Source: Nostoc sp. DedSLP01 (GTDB lineage: Bacteria; Cyanobacteriota; Cyanobacteriia; Cyanobacteriales; Nostocaceae). From it: a stretch of DNA of 64,000 bases. The position numbers were made by a program, and so were the translations under genes. The stretch is from positions 216,827-280,826 of the forward strand of contig JAVRCJ020000007.1 in NCBI GenBank assembly GCA_034530875.2, read 5' to 3'. Positions 8,654 to 20,915 of this stretch are shown in pieces. The notes under the pieces were generated by a model, which made no database searches, had not been told where the DNA came from, and worked only from the letters and a program-made list of their open reading frames with translations. Position 1 is the stretch's first letter; every line of letters starts with the position of its first letter.

Positions 8654-11600
8654 CTATTCTATTCCTTCAATCCGGTCTTCAACTTCTTGGTACAACTCGC
8701 GCAGCAAGTCTAAATTACTCTCGCTAGTTTCCCAATAACCGCGTCCATTCACTTCCAACAAAGTTGACACAACCTTGCGGAAAGAATGAGGATTAAGATT
8801 CATCAACCGGTTCCGCATTGCTTCATCTTTGATGAACGTTTCGTTAGTATCTTCGTAAATCCAGTTATCCACAGCGCCGGCTGTCGCACTCCAACCCATT
8901 GTATTTACTAATCGTTTGGAGAGTTCGCGCACACCTTCGTAGCCGTGAGACAACATCCCCTCGTACCACTTGGGATTTAATAATTTGGTACGCGCATCCA
9001 AGCGGACGGTTTCTGATAATGTCCGCACCTGTGCGTTGGCTGTGGTCGTGTCTGCAATGTAAGATGCTGGTGTCTTACCATCGCCACGCAGACTTGCGAC
9101 TAACTTGGTGGGATCGGAGTCGAAGTAGTGAGAAACATCCGTCAAGCTGATTTCGGAAGAATCCAAATTTTGGAAAGTTGCATCAGCAGTTTTCAATGTA
9201 CTTTCAAAAATCTGCCGCGATTCGTCCATTATTCCAGGGTTATCGGAATTGAAGGCGAAAGATTTTCTATTGAGATACATTTCTTGCAACTCGGCTTCGC
9301 TTTCCCAAGTGCTGTTTTCCACTGCCAAGTTAATATTTGACGAGTAGGAACCGGAAGCGTTGGAGAAAACGCGAGTTGCTGCTTGACGCAAGTTAACCCC
9401 CATTTCTTCGGCTTGTTGCAAAGCGTGTTTGCGAACAAAGTTCATTTCCAAGGGTTCATTCGCTTCAGCAGCCATTTTCACTGCTTGGTCTAGCAGGTTC
9501 ATTTGGTTGATGAACAAGTCGCGGAATACACCAGAACAGTTAATTACGACATCAATTCTAGGGCGTCCCAATTCTTCTAAGGGTATCAATTCTAACTTGT
9601 TCACCCGTCCCAAAGTATCGGGAACCGGACGCACGCCTACCATCCACATAATTTGGGCTAGGGATTCACCATAAGTTTTGATGTTATCGGTTCCCCAAAG
9701 TACGCAGGCGATGGTTTCCGGCCATTTGCCACCGTTTTCGGACTTGTTACGTGCCAAAAGCCTATCCACGACGATTTTGGCTGATTGGACTGCTGCTGTT
9801 GTTGGGATGGATTGCGGATCTAGAGCGTGAATGTTTTTACCTGTAGGCAAGACATCTGGGTTGCGGATGGGATCGCCGCCAGGGCCGGGTAGGACGTACT
9901 CGCCTTCTAAGCCTTTGAGTAATGCTCCGAGTTCGTTATCTGCACAAACTTGTTGGAGGCAGAATTCTAAGTACTCAAACAATGGTTTGAGTGTGGCTGT
10001 GTCAACTTTGGGATAGCCTGCTTTATGCAACGCTTCTACCCAAGGTTCTTTTTTGCCCATGTTGAAGAAATTCAACCGAGAAACTAGAGAAACTCGACCT
10101 TCGGCATCGGTTTTCTCTTGGACAAGGGCGCTAACAGCTGCACGGGTGGCTAAGGTGATGTCTTGCAATAGCTGGACATCTTCTAAAATGCCTTTGTCGC
10201 TATTTTGGTAAATTTCGTCAATATTGCGCCCGATGCTGTTAGCGATAATTCGCGGTAAGCTGAGAATTTCTTCTTCTGGACGGTCTAGGTTGGCGATGTT
10301 AACTAGAGTTGCTACGGCTTCTTCTGCACTTGGCGGTTTACCAATGACGTGCAAACCACAAGGCAACAACCGAGACTCAATTTCCATCAACTTGCGGTAG
10401 ACGATACCAACAATATTATCCCGTTCTTCGGCGCTCATCTCTTTGGCGTCGGTTTCAGGCAGGTTAATATCCTTATCCAAGTTGACGATGCGGCATTTAT
10501 CCATTATCGAGTTGACAATTGGAATACCGCGTCCAGTATCTTTTAAGGTTTGGTACGAAGCAATTAATTCGCTGAGTTCCTTCAAACCTTTATACAAACC
10601 AGCGTTTTCTGCCGGCGGTGTCAAGTAAGAAATTGTTTCGGCATAACCCCGACGTTTGGCAATTGTCGCTTCGCTAGGATTATTGGCTGCGTAATAATAC
10701 AGGTTGGGTATGGAACCAATTAAGTTATCTGGATAACATTCTCCAGACATACCCATTTGCTTACCCGGCATGAATTCTAAGGAACCGTGAGTGCCAAAGT
10801 GCAACACGGCGTCAGCTTGCCAAACTTGCTCTAGGTAGGTGTAGTATGCAGCAAAACCATGATGGGGACTAGCGGAACGAGAGAACAGCAGCCGCATCGG
10901 GTCGCCTTCGTAACCAAAGGTGGGTTGCACGCCGATGAAGACGTTACCGAAGTGCTTACCATAAATCAACAGGTTTTGTCCGTCGCTGTTGAGGTGTCCG
11001 GGAGGTGGCCCCCAGTTTTCTTCGAGGCGTTGGGAATAGGGGGTGAGTGCCTCATATTCTGGCACTGACATTTTGTAGGCGATGTTCAGTTCCGGGCTGG
11101 CGTACTGTGCTTGGGCGTCGTGGATGACTTCCTGCATCAGTGCTTCGGCTGATTCTGGCAACTCTGGAAGGTCGTAGCCGTTATTTTTTAGGGCTTTCAT
11201 CACTTCGTAGATGGAACCGAACACATCTAAGTAAGCGGCGGTTCCGACGTTGCCTTTATCTGGCGGGAAGCTGAAAACAGTGATGGCAACTTTTTTATCT
11301 AGCTTGGGTTTGCGGCGGAGGTTAGCCCATTTTAATGCTCTTTGGGCGACGGCTTCCATTCGGTCTTGGAGAGCGATCGCTTTTCCTGTTGCCCCGTCTC
11401 TACCCGACAATATAATCGGCTCAATTGCCCCATCCAATTCCGGAATCGCAATTTGCAAAGCTACTTGAATCGGATGCAAGCCCAAATCGCTATCCATCCA
11501 CTCTTCTGTGGTTTGGAACACCAAAGGCAACGCTACCATGTAAGGACGGTTTAAGCGCTTGAGCGATTCAATCGCCTTGGGATGGTCTTGTCTAGCCGGG

Positions 11601-12637
11601 CCGCCCACTAAGGCAAAACCAGTCAGCGATATCACCGCATCTACTAACTGTGTGTTGGTAGTTGGTTCGTAGAAGTAAGCATCCACAGGCTTAGAGAAAT
11701 CCAAACCACCAGCAAACACTGGTAATACGCGTGCCCCTAGTGCTTCCAACTCCTGCACCATTGCGACATAATGAGCGTCATCCCCTGTAACCAGGTGAGT
11801 GCGTTGCAATACCAATCCAATACAGGGAGCTAGGGGATCTTTGAGATCTTTAGAGATATCCTTACGGGTTGTGTACCAATTTAGGTACTCTCTGACATCC
11901 TCAAACATATTGGGAGCCAAGGGGTGCCAAATCCCCATATCGGGATAAACCACTGGCTCTTGATATGTAGCAGGTGCAATGTTTTTCTCTAAACCTTTAA
12001 ATACGTATTTATCAGCTAGCATCAGCAAGAAGTTTTCCAGGTTTTCTGGAGAACCGCCTAACCAATACTGAAAGCTGAGCATGAAATTTCGTGCGTCCTG
12101 TGCCTTGTCCATTGGTAGGAACTTCAGCACTTGCGGTAGCGTTCGCAAAAGCTTGAGCATCCCATCTTGGAATCCCGCACCGGATTTTTCTTTGCGTTTC
12201 CGCATGAATTGGGCGATCGCACTTTTGGACTGACCCAACTGTGCCAGAGAAAAGCTGCCCATTTTATTCAGGCGCATAACTTCTGGCATGGAGGGAAAGA
12301 CAACGGCAACATCTAGGCGATCGCGATGTGGTTCAACTGCTGTTACTACTTTCTGTGCTAAGTCTTCGATAAAAATCAGGGAGGCGATAAATATATTGGC
12401 ACTCTCCATATCCCTTTGGAACTCCTTATAGTTCTCTGGATCTCGGAGTTCCTCAATTAAGTAACCGCTGATTTCAATCGCCAGTTCTTCGTGAAGCGCG
12501 TTAATCGACCGCACCGCTTGCGATAATGCACTCTGGTACTGGGACTCAAGCACGACATAGACCACCTTGATTAAATTACGTCCGCGTAAGTTATCAGGCG
12601 CAATATGTCTAATGGTGGACTTGACGTGGGTGAACAT
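8654..12637 (-). CDS. chlH: Magnesium chelatase subunit H
   Basis: Start [11 protein letters not shown] (ATG 12637); [54 protein letters not shown]. Confidence 0.97.
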   Translation of the reverse strand: MFTHVKSTIRHIAPDNLRGRNLIKVVYVVLESQYQSALSQAVRSINALHEELAIEISGYLIEELRDPENYKEFQRDMESANIFIASLIFIEDLAQKVVTAVEPHRDRLDVAVVFPSMPEVMRLNKMGSFSLAQLGQSKSAIAQFMRKRKEKSGAGFQDGMLKLLRTLPQVLKFLPMDKAQDARNFMLSFQYWLGGSPENLENFLLMLADKYVFKGLEKNIAPATYQEPVVYPDMGIWHPLAPNMFEDVREYLNWYTTRKDISKDLKDPLAPCIGLVLQRTHLVTGDDAHYVAMVQELEALGARVLPVFAGGLDFSKPVDAYFYEPTTNTQLVDAVISLTGFALVGGPARQDHPKAIESLKRLNRPYMVALPLVFQTTEEWMDSDLGLHPIQVALQIAIPELDGAIEPIILSGRDGATGKAIALQDRMEAVAQRALKWANLRRKPKLDKKVAITVFSFPPDKGNVGTAAYLDVFGSIYEVMKALKNNGYDLPELPESAEALMQEVIHDAQAQYASPELNIAYKMSVPEYEALTPYSQRLEENWGPPPGHLNSDGQNLLIYGKHFGNVFIGVQPTFGYEGDPMRLLFSRSASPHHGFAAYYTYLEQVWQADAVLHFGTHGSLEFMPGKQMGMSGECYPDNLIGSIPNLYYYAANNPSEATIAKRRGYAETISYLTPPAENAGLYKGLKELSELIASYQTLKDTGRGIPIVNSIMDKCRIVNLDKDINLPETDAKEMSAEERDNIVGIVYRKLMEIESRLLPCGLHVIGKPPSAEEAVATLVNIANLDRPEEEILSLPRIIANSIGRNIDEIYQNSDKGILEDVQLLQDITLATRAAVSALVQEKTDAEGRVSLVSRLNFFNMGKKEPWVEALHKAGYPKVDTATLKPLFEYLEFCLQQVCADNELGALLKGLEGEYVLPGPGGDPIRNPDVLPTGKNIHALDPQSIPTTAAVQSAKIVVDRLLARNKSENGGKWPETIACVLWGTDNIKTYGESLAQIMWMVGVRPVPDTLGRVNKLELIPLEELGRPRIDVVINCSGVFRDLFINQMNLLDQAVKMAAEANEPLEMNFVRKHALQQAEEMGVNLRQAATRVFSNASGSYSSNINLAVENSTWESEAELQEMYLNRKSFAFNSDNPGIMDESRQIFESTLKTADATFQNLDSSEISLTDVSHYFDSDPTKLVASLRGDGKTPASYIADTTTANAQVRTLSETVRLDARTKLLNPKWYEGMLSHGYEGVRELSKRLVNTMGWSATAGAVDNWIYEDTNETFIKDEAMRNRLMNLNPHSFRKVVSTLLEVNGRGYWETSESNLDLLRELYQEVEDRIEGIE

Positions 12638-13597
12638 GCTTCCTCGGCTCCTTTGATGCGTGTTCTCTACTAGAAGTTCAAAGCGGCTGATGACACCACA
12701 GTTAACTTCGTTTTTATTGGGCAATATGAGTTTTTTATCAGAAAATGCTTGCCCAGTGGGCATTTTATCGCCTATCTGACACAAATCGATAAATATATTG
12801 AAATATTTCTTTGCAGATTTTGATTTTTTATAAGAGCATACGCTCTTATTTATGTTAAATAATGTAAAATATAAATTTAGGTACTTGTAATTTTGGCAAA
12901 AATATGAATTTAATATACTGAGATAAAAATAATTAAAATACTAAAACTAGTGATTTTTAATACGAAAAAATTTTCAATATAGAAATATCAGGTATGGACT
13001 AGATAGCTCTACTTTAGTCATTGCAATTGATAATCTAGTATTTACCTTGATGCCAAATAAGCCATTAATTAGCCTGGAATCGCCACCTCAAGAAAGATTG
13101 AACTTTCTTACAAGCATAACCAGTCATTTATCGGCAGTGAGATTAATTGGTATTTACAGAAGGTAGACGATAAGCAACTACCTCAGATAATCTGGGCTTG
13201 AATCTACCAACAGCAAGTACCGCAGAGTTTTTTTGCACAAAGCTTGGATTGCAGAACGGCGATCGCTGCTTACATAGCATATCAATATAGATACAAAAAT
13301 TTAGATAGTTTAAGCAATTCTCAAACTCTCCAACATACTCCCGCACTGTGGGAGTGTACGCTTCTGTTAGAACCCCCCTAAGCCAATGGCTACCAACTCT
13401 GAGAGCCTCACAACAGCATCAGTATAATTAATTATCATGTTATCAGCATGTTTTTACGTAATATCAGGTAAACTTTAGAAACTCTTCAAAGGATTTCCAG
13501 CAAAAATTACCTGGCAAGAGTTGATTTGAGCCTAAATAATTGAGAGAGAGTATAAAACTCTCTATGATTCTTCCTTCGCGCAGCGAGTTGACAGTGC

Positions 13598-15196
13598 ATG
13601 AGCTACTGCTTAAATCCTACCTGTCGCAATCCAGAAAATTTGGTAAATAGCCAAAGGTGTCAGTCTTGTGGCTCGCCACTACTGTTGCGCGATCGCTATC
13701 AAGTGGTAAAACCATTAGGTCAAGGCGGCTTTGGAGCAACCTTCTTAGCCCAGGATCGAGTTTTACCAGGAGAACCAAGTTGCGTCATCAAGCAACTACG
13801 CCCCTCTGGAAACGCGCCACATGTTTTACAGATGGCTAGAGAACTCTTTGAGCGAGAAGCCAAGACTCTAGGTAAAATTGGCAATCATCCACAAGTACCA
13901 CGATTGCTTGACTATTTTGAAGATTGCGAACAATTCTACTTAGTTCAAGAATACATCAGCGGTGATACCTTGCAAGAGGAAGTTAAACTTAACGGTGTCT
14001 TAAGCGAAACCGGAGTCAAACAATTCTTGAGTGAGATTTTGCCATTGCTGCAATACATTCACGAACAAAAGGTAATTCACCGAGATATTAAGCCAGCTAA
14101 CTTAATTCGCCGCAGTCAAGATGCCAGAATGGTACTCATAGACTTTGGCGCGGTTAAAAATCAAGTCACCCAAGGCGCGGCGAATCAATCCGGACAGACA
14201 GCATTAACTGCTTATGCTATCGGTACTCCTGGTTTTGCCCCTCCAGAACAAATGGCTATGCGTCCAGTTTACGCCAGCGATATCTACGCATTAGGCGTGA
14301 CGTGTATTTATTTATTAACTAGTAAAACTCCTAAAGATTTAGATTATAATCCCACAACTGGTGAGATGATGTGGGAGCAGCTTGTGCAAGTGAGCGACCA
14401 CTTGACCAATGTACTGCGGAAAATGTTAGAGGTATCAGTACGTAATCGCTATCAGTCAGCAGCAGACGTTCTCAGAGCCTTAGAAATAGAGCCATACTTG
14501 GACACCTTAGCGCAGGGTTTGTTGGTCAAATCTCCTGATTCTGGAGTTAAAGGGCGAACACACAACCGTATAGAAGATTCTGCTATTTTATGCAGTAACA
14601 GTAACCCTTCCGCAGCTGTTACCAGTGCAGGAGGAATGGCGCAAGTAGCAGCCGCAATACGCGCCAGACGAGCCAAAGCTGCGGAAGCTTCTGGTATGGG
14701 CAAATCAACAACTTTCACGAGTAGCAGCAGTAATGGTTCTCAAATTCAAAATTCTAAAGTTGAGCGCAAGTTAGATACCCAAGGTTTACTAACAGCGTAT
14801 ATGAAAGGGAGACGAGATTTTGCCCTACACAATTTAAATTTGCTGAACCTGCAAGGTGCTGACTTATCAGGAACAAATTTCCATTCTGCTCAATTACAAA
14901 AAACTAATTTCCAAGGAGCCGATCTCCACAACAGCGATTTTGGTAGAGCCAGTCTGACTCGAGCAAATCTCAAAGATGCTAATTTGAGTAAAGCGTACTT
15001 TAACCATACCGATCTAGAAGGGGCAGACCTGCGAGGCGCAGACCTCAGTCATGCTTATCTTACCAATGCCAACCTCCGAGGAGCTAATCTCTGTGGTGCT
15101 AATCTCACCAACGCCAAAGTTTCTGATGAGCAGCTAGCACTAGCAAAAACAAATTGGATGACTGTGCGCCCCAATGGTAAAAGAGGCTTATTGTGA
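13598..15196 (+). CDS. Ser/Thr protein kinase with N-terminal 4-Cys motif and C-terminal pentapeptide repeats (SpkB-like)
   Basis: YCLNPTC...CQSCG, GQGGFG, HRDIKPAN, DFG, GTPGFAPPEQ, A(D/N)LxG repeats. Confidence 0.92.
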   Translation: MSYCLNPTCRNPENLVNSQRCQSCGSPLLLRDRYQVVKPLGQGGFGATFLAQDRVLPGEPSCVIKQLRPSGNAPHVLQMARELFEREAKTLGKIGNHPQVPRLLDYFEDCEQFYLVQEYISGDTLQEEVKLNGVLSETGVKQFLSEILPLLQYIHEQKVIHRDIKPANLIRRSQDARMVLIDFGAVKNQVTQGAANQSGQTALTAYAIGTPGFAPPEQMAMRPVYASDIYALGVTCIYLLTSKTPKDLDYNPTTGEMMWEQLVQVSDHLTNVLRKMLEVSVRNRYQSAADVLRALEIEPYLDTLAQGLLVKSPDSGVKGRTHNRIEDSAILCSNSNPSAAVTSAGGMAQVAAAIRARRAKAAEASGMGKSTTFTSSSSNGSQIQNSKVERKLDTQGLLTAYMKGRRDFALHNLNLLNLQGADLSGTNFHSAQLQKTNFQGADLHNSDFGRASLTRANLKDANLSKAYFNHTDLEGADLRGADLSHAYLTNANLRGANLCGANLTNAKVSDEQLALAKTNWMTVRPNGKRGLL

Positions 15197-15978
15197 TTAG
15201 AGATTTTTAGAGGATGTCTGCGTAATATCCGAGCTAAAAACTCTCCACATCCCTGTAGAGAGCGTTCAAAAGTAAGTAATTATCTGAAGTTAATAGAGTA
15301 ATCAAATCGAATTTTTAAACTTATTTACGTGGTACGCAAAGCCTAGCACAAATGCAATAAGTATCAATACTATTCGCTTTGTGAATTTTAAACTCATAAT
15401 TTGGTTTTGGGAAAAGCTTAAAGGGTAGGATTGAACGTTTTTCGTTGCCAATTTACCTTTAACAGACAAGTATTGCTATAGGTAGAGATTAGGGAATAAG
15501 AAATCAGCAGTTTCGAGCGCACACAGTTTTTTCAAAAATCAAATACAGTCATATATATATCTAAACAGTATTCGCAGATGAGTGCCAAAAATGGTGCGAT
15601 CGCATGTCTCCCAACAATGTGGAAATAATAGTTTTTTAACTAATTTATAACAGGATTTTTACCGCCCGATCGCATAGTAAAAATACGGGTCATACTTCCT
15701 AATCTTCATAAAATCTTCATGGTTTTTATCTGTTACAAATAACAAAGGATTATTTACAATAAAAAATAAACTATCACATAATTTTTTATTAAAGATAGCC
15801 ATAATTTTTATGGTTATAAACAACAGGGAATTTCTTACGTAAAAGTTGTAAAATTTAACCTTCCTAAGCAAGCTAACTTCTGAGATGGCAGGCTTAGAAA
15901 ATTAAAAAAACAATTATCCTTGATTGTAGGCTGAAATAGAATATTCATAACCGAAATCAGGTCGTACAAGGTTTATAT

Positions 15979-16716
15979 ATGATGGCTGACTTTTCACAAA
16001 CGGAAATAGAACGAAGATTAACTTTATATCAGGTATTCCTCAAGTTGTACGAACACCATAGCGGTCTTTTAGATGAGATTCTTCAGCTAGAAAACCTATA
16101 TCAGCCTTCGTTAACAAAGCTGAAACTATTTTATGTACATGGGGTAGTGGATGCTGCTGGTGTTTATTTAATAACTAACTTGTGCGACAATCAAACCCAG
16201 AGTTTACGACAATCACAGGGGATTTGGACTATAGGTCGTAATCGCAGTAGTGGCATTTGTATTCCTGATAGTTATATGTCTCGTCGCCATGCTGCGATTC
16301 AACATATTGAAGATCGAGGTTTCTACTTAATTGATTTTAACAGTACTAATGGTTCCTTTGTGAACGAGCAACGTGCTGTTGAGCCGATCGAACTTAAAGA
16401 TGGCGATCGCATTCGTTTAGGTAATTTGACATTTAACTTTTTTGTGGACAACAAGTGTTGTATTCTGCCAACTGTAGCAATGGAGTTGTTGATGCAACTG
16501 AAGCATCGCAAGATTGAAAGCAAAGCAGAAATACTTACTTATCCTCGTGACAGACAAAAACCTTTAATTGAGCAGCCAAGTGATAATTTAGAAATTTTGA
16601 GAAATTTCGGAATAACTGATAAAATTGACCATTGGTACGAACACTTCAGTTCCGAACAAAAATCAGAAATTTTAGACCGTTTTTTTAGCAAACAAAAACC
16701 GTATAACCCCAGCTAG
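15979..16716 (+). CDS. FHA-domain protein
   Basis: WTIGRN, MSRRHA, DFNSTNGSFVN, LKDGDRIRLG. Confidence 0.9.
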   Translation: MMADFSQTEIERRLTLYQVFLKLYEHHSGLLDEILQLENLYQPSLTKLKLFYVHGVVDAAGVYLITNLCDNQTQSLRQSQGIWTIGRNRSSGICIPDSYMSRRHAAIQHIEDRGFYLIDFNSTNGSFVNEQRAVEPIELKDGDRIRLGNLTFNFFVDNKCCILPTVAMELLMQLKHRKIESKAEILTYPRDRQKPLIEQPSDNLEILRNFGITDKIDHWYEHFSSEQKSEILDRFFSKQKPYNPS

Positions 16717-16793
16717 GAAATTAAAAATCAAACAGTAAGCTTAACGCATCTTTTTTATGAAAAAGGTGCGTTAAATGTTTTAATAACGCACCA

Positions 16794-16927
16794 TACTGGC
16801 GTGGCAAGCCTAAATTGATGTATTAAAATTTTCTTTTGGGATGGGGCGTCTTGCCCGTCTGCTAGGAGAAGATGCCCAAACCACAAGACAGAGATTTTAT
16901 GCACTATTTAGCTGTGCCACGCCAATA
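16794..16927. mobile_element. MITE-like element with ~22-bp imperfect terminal inverted repeats
   Basis: tactggcgtggcaagcctaaat ... atttagctgtgccacgccaata; internal palindromic repeat; related right end near 30190-30249. Confidence 0.65.
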
Positions 16928-16944
16928 CCATTAAAAATTCCTAA

Positions 16945-18021
16945 TTATTCTTCATCTAATTCGATGTCTTCTTCTTCTTCGTCTTCACTAGACTTTGATA
17001 CAGAGTTAGCAGAAACAACAGCACCTTTATCTAGCTTTTCTCGTACCAGTTGCTTAATTTGTTCGGCAAATTCTGGCTTTTCTTCGAGATATTTAATGGC
17101 ATTGTCTCGCCCTTGAGAGATGTTATCGCCGTTGTAACTGTACCAGGCTCCTTTACGGATAATGATCCCAGTTTCTTCTGCCAAATCCACGAGACAGCCC
17201 AAGATAGAAACACCTTTACCAAAAATAATGTCAAATTCGGCAACTCTAAAAGGTGGCGCTACTTTATTTTTGGCAACTTTGACTTTGACGCGATTACCAA
17301 ATTCATCTGTACCTTTTTTCAAGGTTTGAATGCGACGAATATCTAAGCGCACGGAAGCATAAAACTTCAATGCGTTACCGCCAGTTGTGGTTTCTGGACT
17401 TCCGTAGGTAACACCGATTTTTTGCCGCAATTGGTTAATAAAAATTACTGTGCAACCAGATTTACCAATGTTACCAGTAATTTTACGTAAAGCTTGGCTC
17501 ATCAATCTTGCTTGCAGACCAACGTGAGCATCACCCATGTCGCCTTCAATTTCAGCGCGGGGAACTAATGCTGCTACTGAGTCAATAACTACAATATCAA
17601 CCGCAGCAGAACGAACCAGCTGATCGACAATTTCTAAAGCAGCTTCTCCGGTATCAGGTTGGGAAACCAGCAAATTGTCAATATCTACACCCAATGCCGC
17701 AGCGTAGGTGGGGTCAAGGGCATGTTCTGCATCAACAAACGCAGCAATGCCACCTTCTTTTTGTACTTCCGCGAGCGCATGTAATGCTACTGTGGTTTTA
17801 CCGGAACTTTCCGGGCCATAAATCTCAATTACCCGCCCCTTGGGTAAACCGCCTCCCAACGCCAAATCCAAGGTCAGCGCCCCACTGGAAATTGTCTCTA
17901 CCCGCATCCGGGTAGCATCTCCCAGGCGCATGATTGCTCCTTTACCGAAGCTGCGCTCAATCTGGTTGAGTACTATATTTAACGCTTTTTGCTTGCCAGA
18001 AGTATCGGTATTGATAGCCAT
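16945..18021 (-). CDS. recA: Recombinase A
   Basis: [45 protein letters not shown]. Confidence 0.99.
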   Translation of the reverse strand: MAINTDTSGKQKALNIVLNQIERSFGKGAIMRLGDATRMRVETISSGALTLDLALGGGLPKGRVIEIYGPESSGKTTVALHALAEVQKEGGIAAFVDAEHALDPTYAAALGVDIDNLLVSQPDTGEAALEIVDQLVRSAAVDIVVIDSVAALVPRAEIEGDMGDAHVGLQARLMSQALRKITGNIGKSGCTVIFINQLRQKIGVTYGSPETTTGGNALKFYASVRLDIRRIQTLKKGTDEFGNRVKVKVAKNKVAPPFRVAEFDIIFGKGVSILGCLVDLAEETGIIIRKGAWYSYNGDNISQGRDNAIKYLEEKPEFAEQIKQLVREKLDKGAVVSANSVSKSSEDEEEEDIELDEE

Positions 18022-18072
18022 TAGAGCCTCTAAGTATAGGGATTTTCAGGAGTGTGGATTTAGATTGTGAGT

Positions 18073-18092
18073 AGAACAGATATACTATTTTA
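18073..18092 (-). promoter_or_regulatory. recA promoter: -10 hexamer TAAAAT immediately followed by a cyanobacterial LexA box
   Basis: Minus strand reads TGGT-TAAAAT-AGTATATCTGTTCT; one mismatch to the RGTACN3DGTWCB consensus. Confidence 0.8.
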
Positions 18093-18422
18093 ACCAGAAA
18101 ATCCTGGAATCGGACTTCTCGAATTAAAAATCAACTGTGACAAGATCGTAACTCGATCGCCATCTGATTAGGGTAGTCCTGCACAATAATACCAACTTGG
18201 ATTCAGAGATGGCTGTCGCTCGTCACCACTGGTATTTTTCAGAACTTAAATTAGGATTGCTGTAAAGCTACATTGAGGCAATTCTAGCAGAGCGATCGCA
18301 TTCAACCTGTTTTAACAATTAGTTACATAGATGGTGATATGGCGAGAACCTGAAGCTAAGTTCGTAAGTAAGATTGAGTATGTTAGCCTGACAGTAGTAA
18401 AAACCAAAGGTCAGTCTTAGCA

Positions 18423-19229
18423 ATGACAGCCACGACATCCCAGAATTTATCAGATGAATTAGCTGAACGGGGCTGGCGAACTGAAATTGTCACCCAGCCT
18501 GATGGTAGTATTGATTACGTAAAAATTCCCTTAACTTCGGAAGAGTTTCTCCATCCACAAGAAGGATATCACTTGCCTAATAGTACCTTTCATGACGATG
18601 CGGCCGGTGATGCCAAAGATATGCTGACTCGTCGTTATGCCAATGATTCCACCGCAGGAGTCTTCCGCGATTTGATTATTCAATGGGGGATTCCCAATTT
18701 GAAAAATCATTGTCCAGATACTTTTGTCGTTTTTGGAATTCAAAATAAAGAACAGAACCGTACTGAGTTTGTTGTATCTGAAGAAGGGGCGCGTCCTTCG
18801 TTGATTATTGAAGTAGTTTCTCCTCGTTATCGTAAGGAAGACCGACAAACAAAAGTCAAGCACTATGCCGAAGCTGGCGTGCAGGAGTATTTAATTATCG
18901 ACCGACGCAAGCAACGCCAGCAAGTGATTGACGAAGTTCTGGGTTATCGTTTAGTTGATGGGCAATACTTGCCACTGACTCCAGATGAGGATGGACGCAT
19001 TTTGTGTGAGACAGTTGGGCTGTTGATTGGACTTCAGGATGGGCGAGTCGTCATGGAAGATGTTGAGACTGGCGAACGACTTCTGACTTCCCTGGAGTTG
19101 GAACAACGCGCCATCCAAACCGAACAACGCGCTATCCAAGCCGAACAACGCGCTATCCAAGCCGAACAACGGGCGGCAAGATTAGCAGAATTATTACAGG
19201 CACAAGGGATCGATCCTAATCAAATTTGA
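18423..19229 (+). CDS. Uma2-family protein with coiled-coil EQRAIQA tail
   Basis: CPDTFVVFG, PSLIIEVVSP, YAEAGVQEYLIID; 21-nt repeats 19101-19172; LAELLQAQGIDP end. Confidence 0.88.
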   Translation: MTATTSQNLSDELAERGWRTEIVTQPDGSIDYVKIPLTSEEFLHPQEGYHLPNSTFHDDAAGDAKDMLTRRYANDSTAGVFRDLIIQWGIPNLKNHCPDTFVVFGIQNKEQNRTEFVVSEEGARPSLIIEVVSPRYRKEDRQTKVKHYAEAGVQEYLIIDRRKQRQQVIDEVLGYRLVDGQYLPLTPDEDGRILCETVGLLIGLQDGRVVMEDVETGERLLTSLELEQRAIQTEQRAIQAEQRAIQAEQRAARLAELLQAQGIDPNQI

Positions 19230-19427
19230 CCGAATACTGAGTCTATACATAGCTTAGGCTGGTTGGTGATTGTTCGTTGAATTCCCTTGCCCATAATAAA
19301 AGCTGCGATAATCCTCTAGATTAATAAGTTTAGTAAAGTTCGCGTTATCGTTGAACCCAGCCTATTGGCATCAAGATTTTGTACTGATAGATTAGTAATA
19401 TATTTTACACAAGTATGTAGAGCCAAC

Positions 19428-19946
19428 GTGAATAAGTCACAGAGTATTAAGCTGCTTGAAAGTGAGGGATGGACAAAAGCAGATGCTATGCGTGCATTAG
19501 AGGTAATTGACTTTAGTGCCAATCCTGATGAGATTACCATTCGCAGAGGTATTTCGCTTTTTGCTGGTTCTGAGCTAATTAAGCGTCAACGTCTTCAAGC
19601 TGCACAGAAAGGTTTGGTAACAAAGAAAACCAATGAGATTCAGAAAAATAATCAGGAATATGCTGCCAAGATTGAACAACTGAAGAAATCTCAAAAATAT
19701 GAAACTGAAATTCAAAATTTATCTGACACCAACAAATTGTTAGAAATGAAACTGAAAACTATAAATACTCAAAATAACGAGCTAACGCAAGCAAATGAGC
19801 AACTAAAAAAAGATAATAAATTATTAAAAAATTTAATAGATGAAATCAAGTTGAAATTGGCTATGAATACCAAAAAGCTTCTTCAGTATGAAGATAGCGA
19901 AATCCGTCAAGCTTTAATTATGATGTTCAAATCGACACTAGGCTAA
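19428..19946 (+). CDS. Hypothetical protein: small helical N-domain plus long coiled coil
   Basis: Probable GTG start at 19428; LESEGWTKADAMRAL; heptad-rich C-terminal half. Confidence 0.7.
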   Translation: MNKSQSIKLLESEGWTKADAMRALEVIDFSANPDEITIRRGISLFAGSELIKRQRLQAAQKGLVTKKTNEIQKNNQEYAAKIEQLKKSQKYETEIQNLSDTNKLLEMKLKTINTQNNELTQANEQLKKDNKLLKNLIDEIKLKLAMNTKKLLQYEDSEIRQALIMMFKSTLG

Positions 19947-19958
19947 TTGAGTGGATTT

Positions 19959-20354
19959 ATGACTAACCAAAAGAAAGTTTTTCAAAGCATGAGTTACCGC
20001 GATCTTCAACGTGCTAACTCCAAGAATAGAATTCAGCTGCGTAAGGAAGACCAAGTTTGGCTAAAAGAAAATTTTTATAAAAATCTTGGTTGGATTAATG
20101 TTATTAATCTTTATGAAAAAATTCAAGACTTTTTCAATAAATATGGTGTTGAAGAATTAACGCTTGAGGAATTGTTTTTAGAAGCTGACCGTATTGGCAA
20201 TAAATATCTGACAATCCAAGAGATACAAGACTTTAATCAAAGCTTATCTAGAGAAGTCAACGATATTGCAGAAGAAATAGATAAGCAGTTTCCAAATACA
20301 GAAATAGAATTTATTGATTTCAGTAAAAAAACTAAAAACAGATATTGGAATTAA
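19959..20354 (+). CDS. Hypothetical protein
   Basis: ORF abutting the previous gene; ATG 19959 likely. Confidence 0.7.
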   Translation: MTNQKKVFQSMSYRDLQRANSKNRIQLRKEDQVWLKENFYKNLGWINVINLYEKIQDFFNKYGVEELTLEELFLEADRIGNKYLTIQEIQDFNQSLSREVNDIAEEIDKQFPNTEIEFIDFSKKTKNRYWN

Positions 20355-20384
20355 GTAAATTAAAAACTTTATTTTTGGATAAAT

Positions 20385-20837
20385 ATGATGAATTTTCCAG
20401 ATAAAAGCTTAAAAGAATTATTCGATCTGGCAAATAAAATTGGTAATAAGCGATATCACAAACTAACTCCTCAAGATTTTGAAAATTACAGAAAATTCGA
20501 TTATTGGCGCTATATTAATGGTGATTATGAATGTGGAACAACGCAAGAAAGTAAAGATTGGGTCAAAGCACATTCAAGCTGGTACTGTCCGATTTGTGGC
20601 GATCGCTACTCTGAGAAAGGTGGTAAGACGGTAGACCACAAACTACCTCGATCGCAATATCCCTGGTTATCAATAGAATTTCAGAATTTATGGGTTATTT
20701 GCCAGGTTTGCAACCAAGAAAAGAGCGAAATGCATTGGTACGAGTACGAACACTATGTATTTGTTCGCTATCCTCATCTTTATATTTCTGTAAAAGCTGC
20801 ACGTCCTAGCTCGTTGCTCCAGTCTTTAAAAGATTAA
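20385..20837 (+). CDS. HNH endonuclease
   Basis: CPICG...TVDHKLPRS..P...NLWVICQVCNQEK. Confidence 0.88.
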   Translation: MMNFPDKSLKELFDLANKIGNKRYHKLTPQDFENYRKFDYWRYINGDYECGTTQESKDWVKAHSSWYCPICGDRYSEKGGKTVDHKLPRSQYPWLSIEFQNLWVICQVCNQEKSEMHWYEYEHYVFVRYPHLYISVKAARPSSLLQSLKD

Positions 20838-20915
20838 AGCGTTTATTGTGATGAGCTTTGATTTGGGTCAAAAATGCTAGAATCGCTTCAGCACAAATGC
20901 TTTCAGGCATCTTTG

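Noticed and set aside
8899..11554. Short antisense/overlapping ORFs within chlH (likewise within recA, Roco, the kinases, leuA and the adhesin)
   Set aside because: They are shadow frames of long genes with no recognisable motifs.
12638..12784. 49-aa N-terminal extension of ChlH; alternative cobN call
   Set aside because: The conserved cyanobacterial ChlH start MFTHVK is at 12637, and the motifs are ChlH-type.
19428..20837. Retron or Septu system
   Set aside because: No reverse transcriptase, msr-msd or PtuA ATPase is adjacent.
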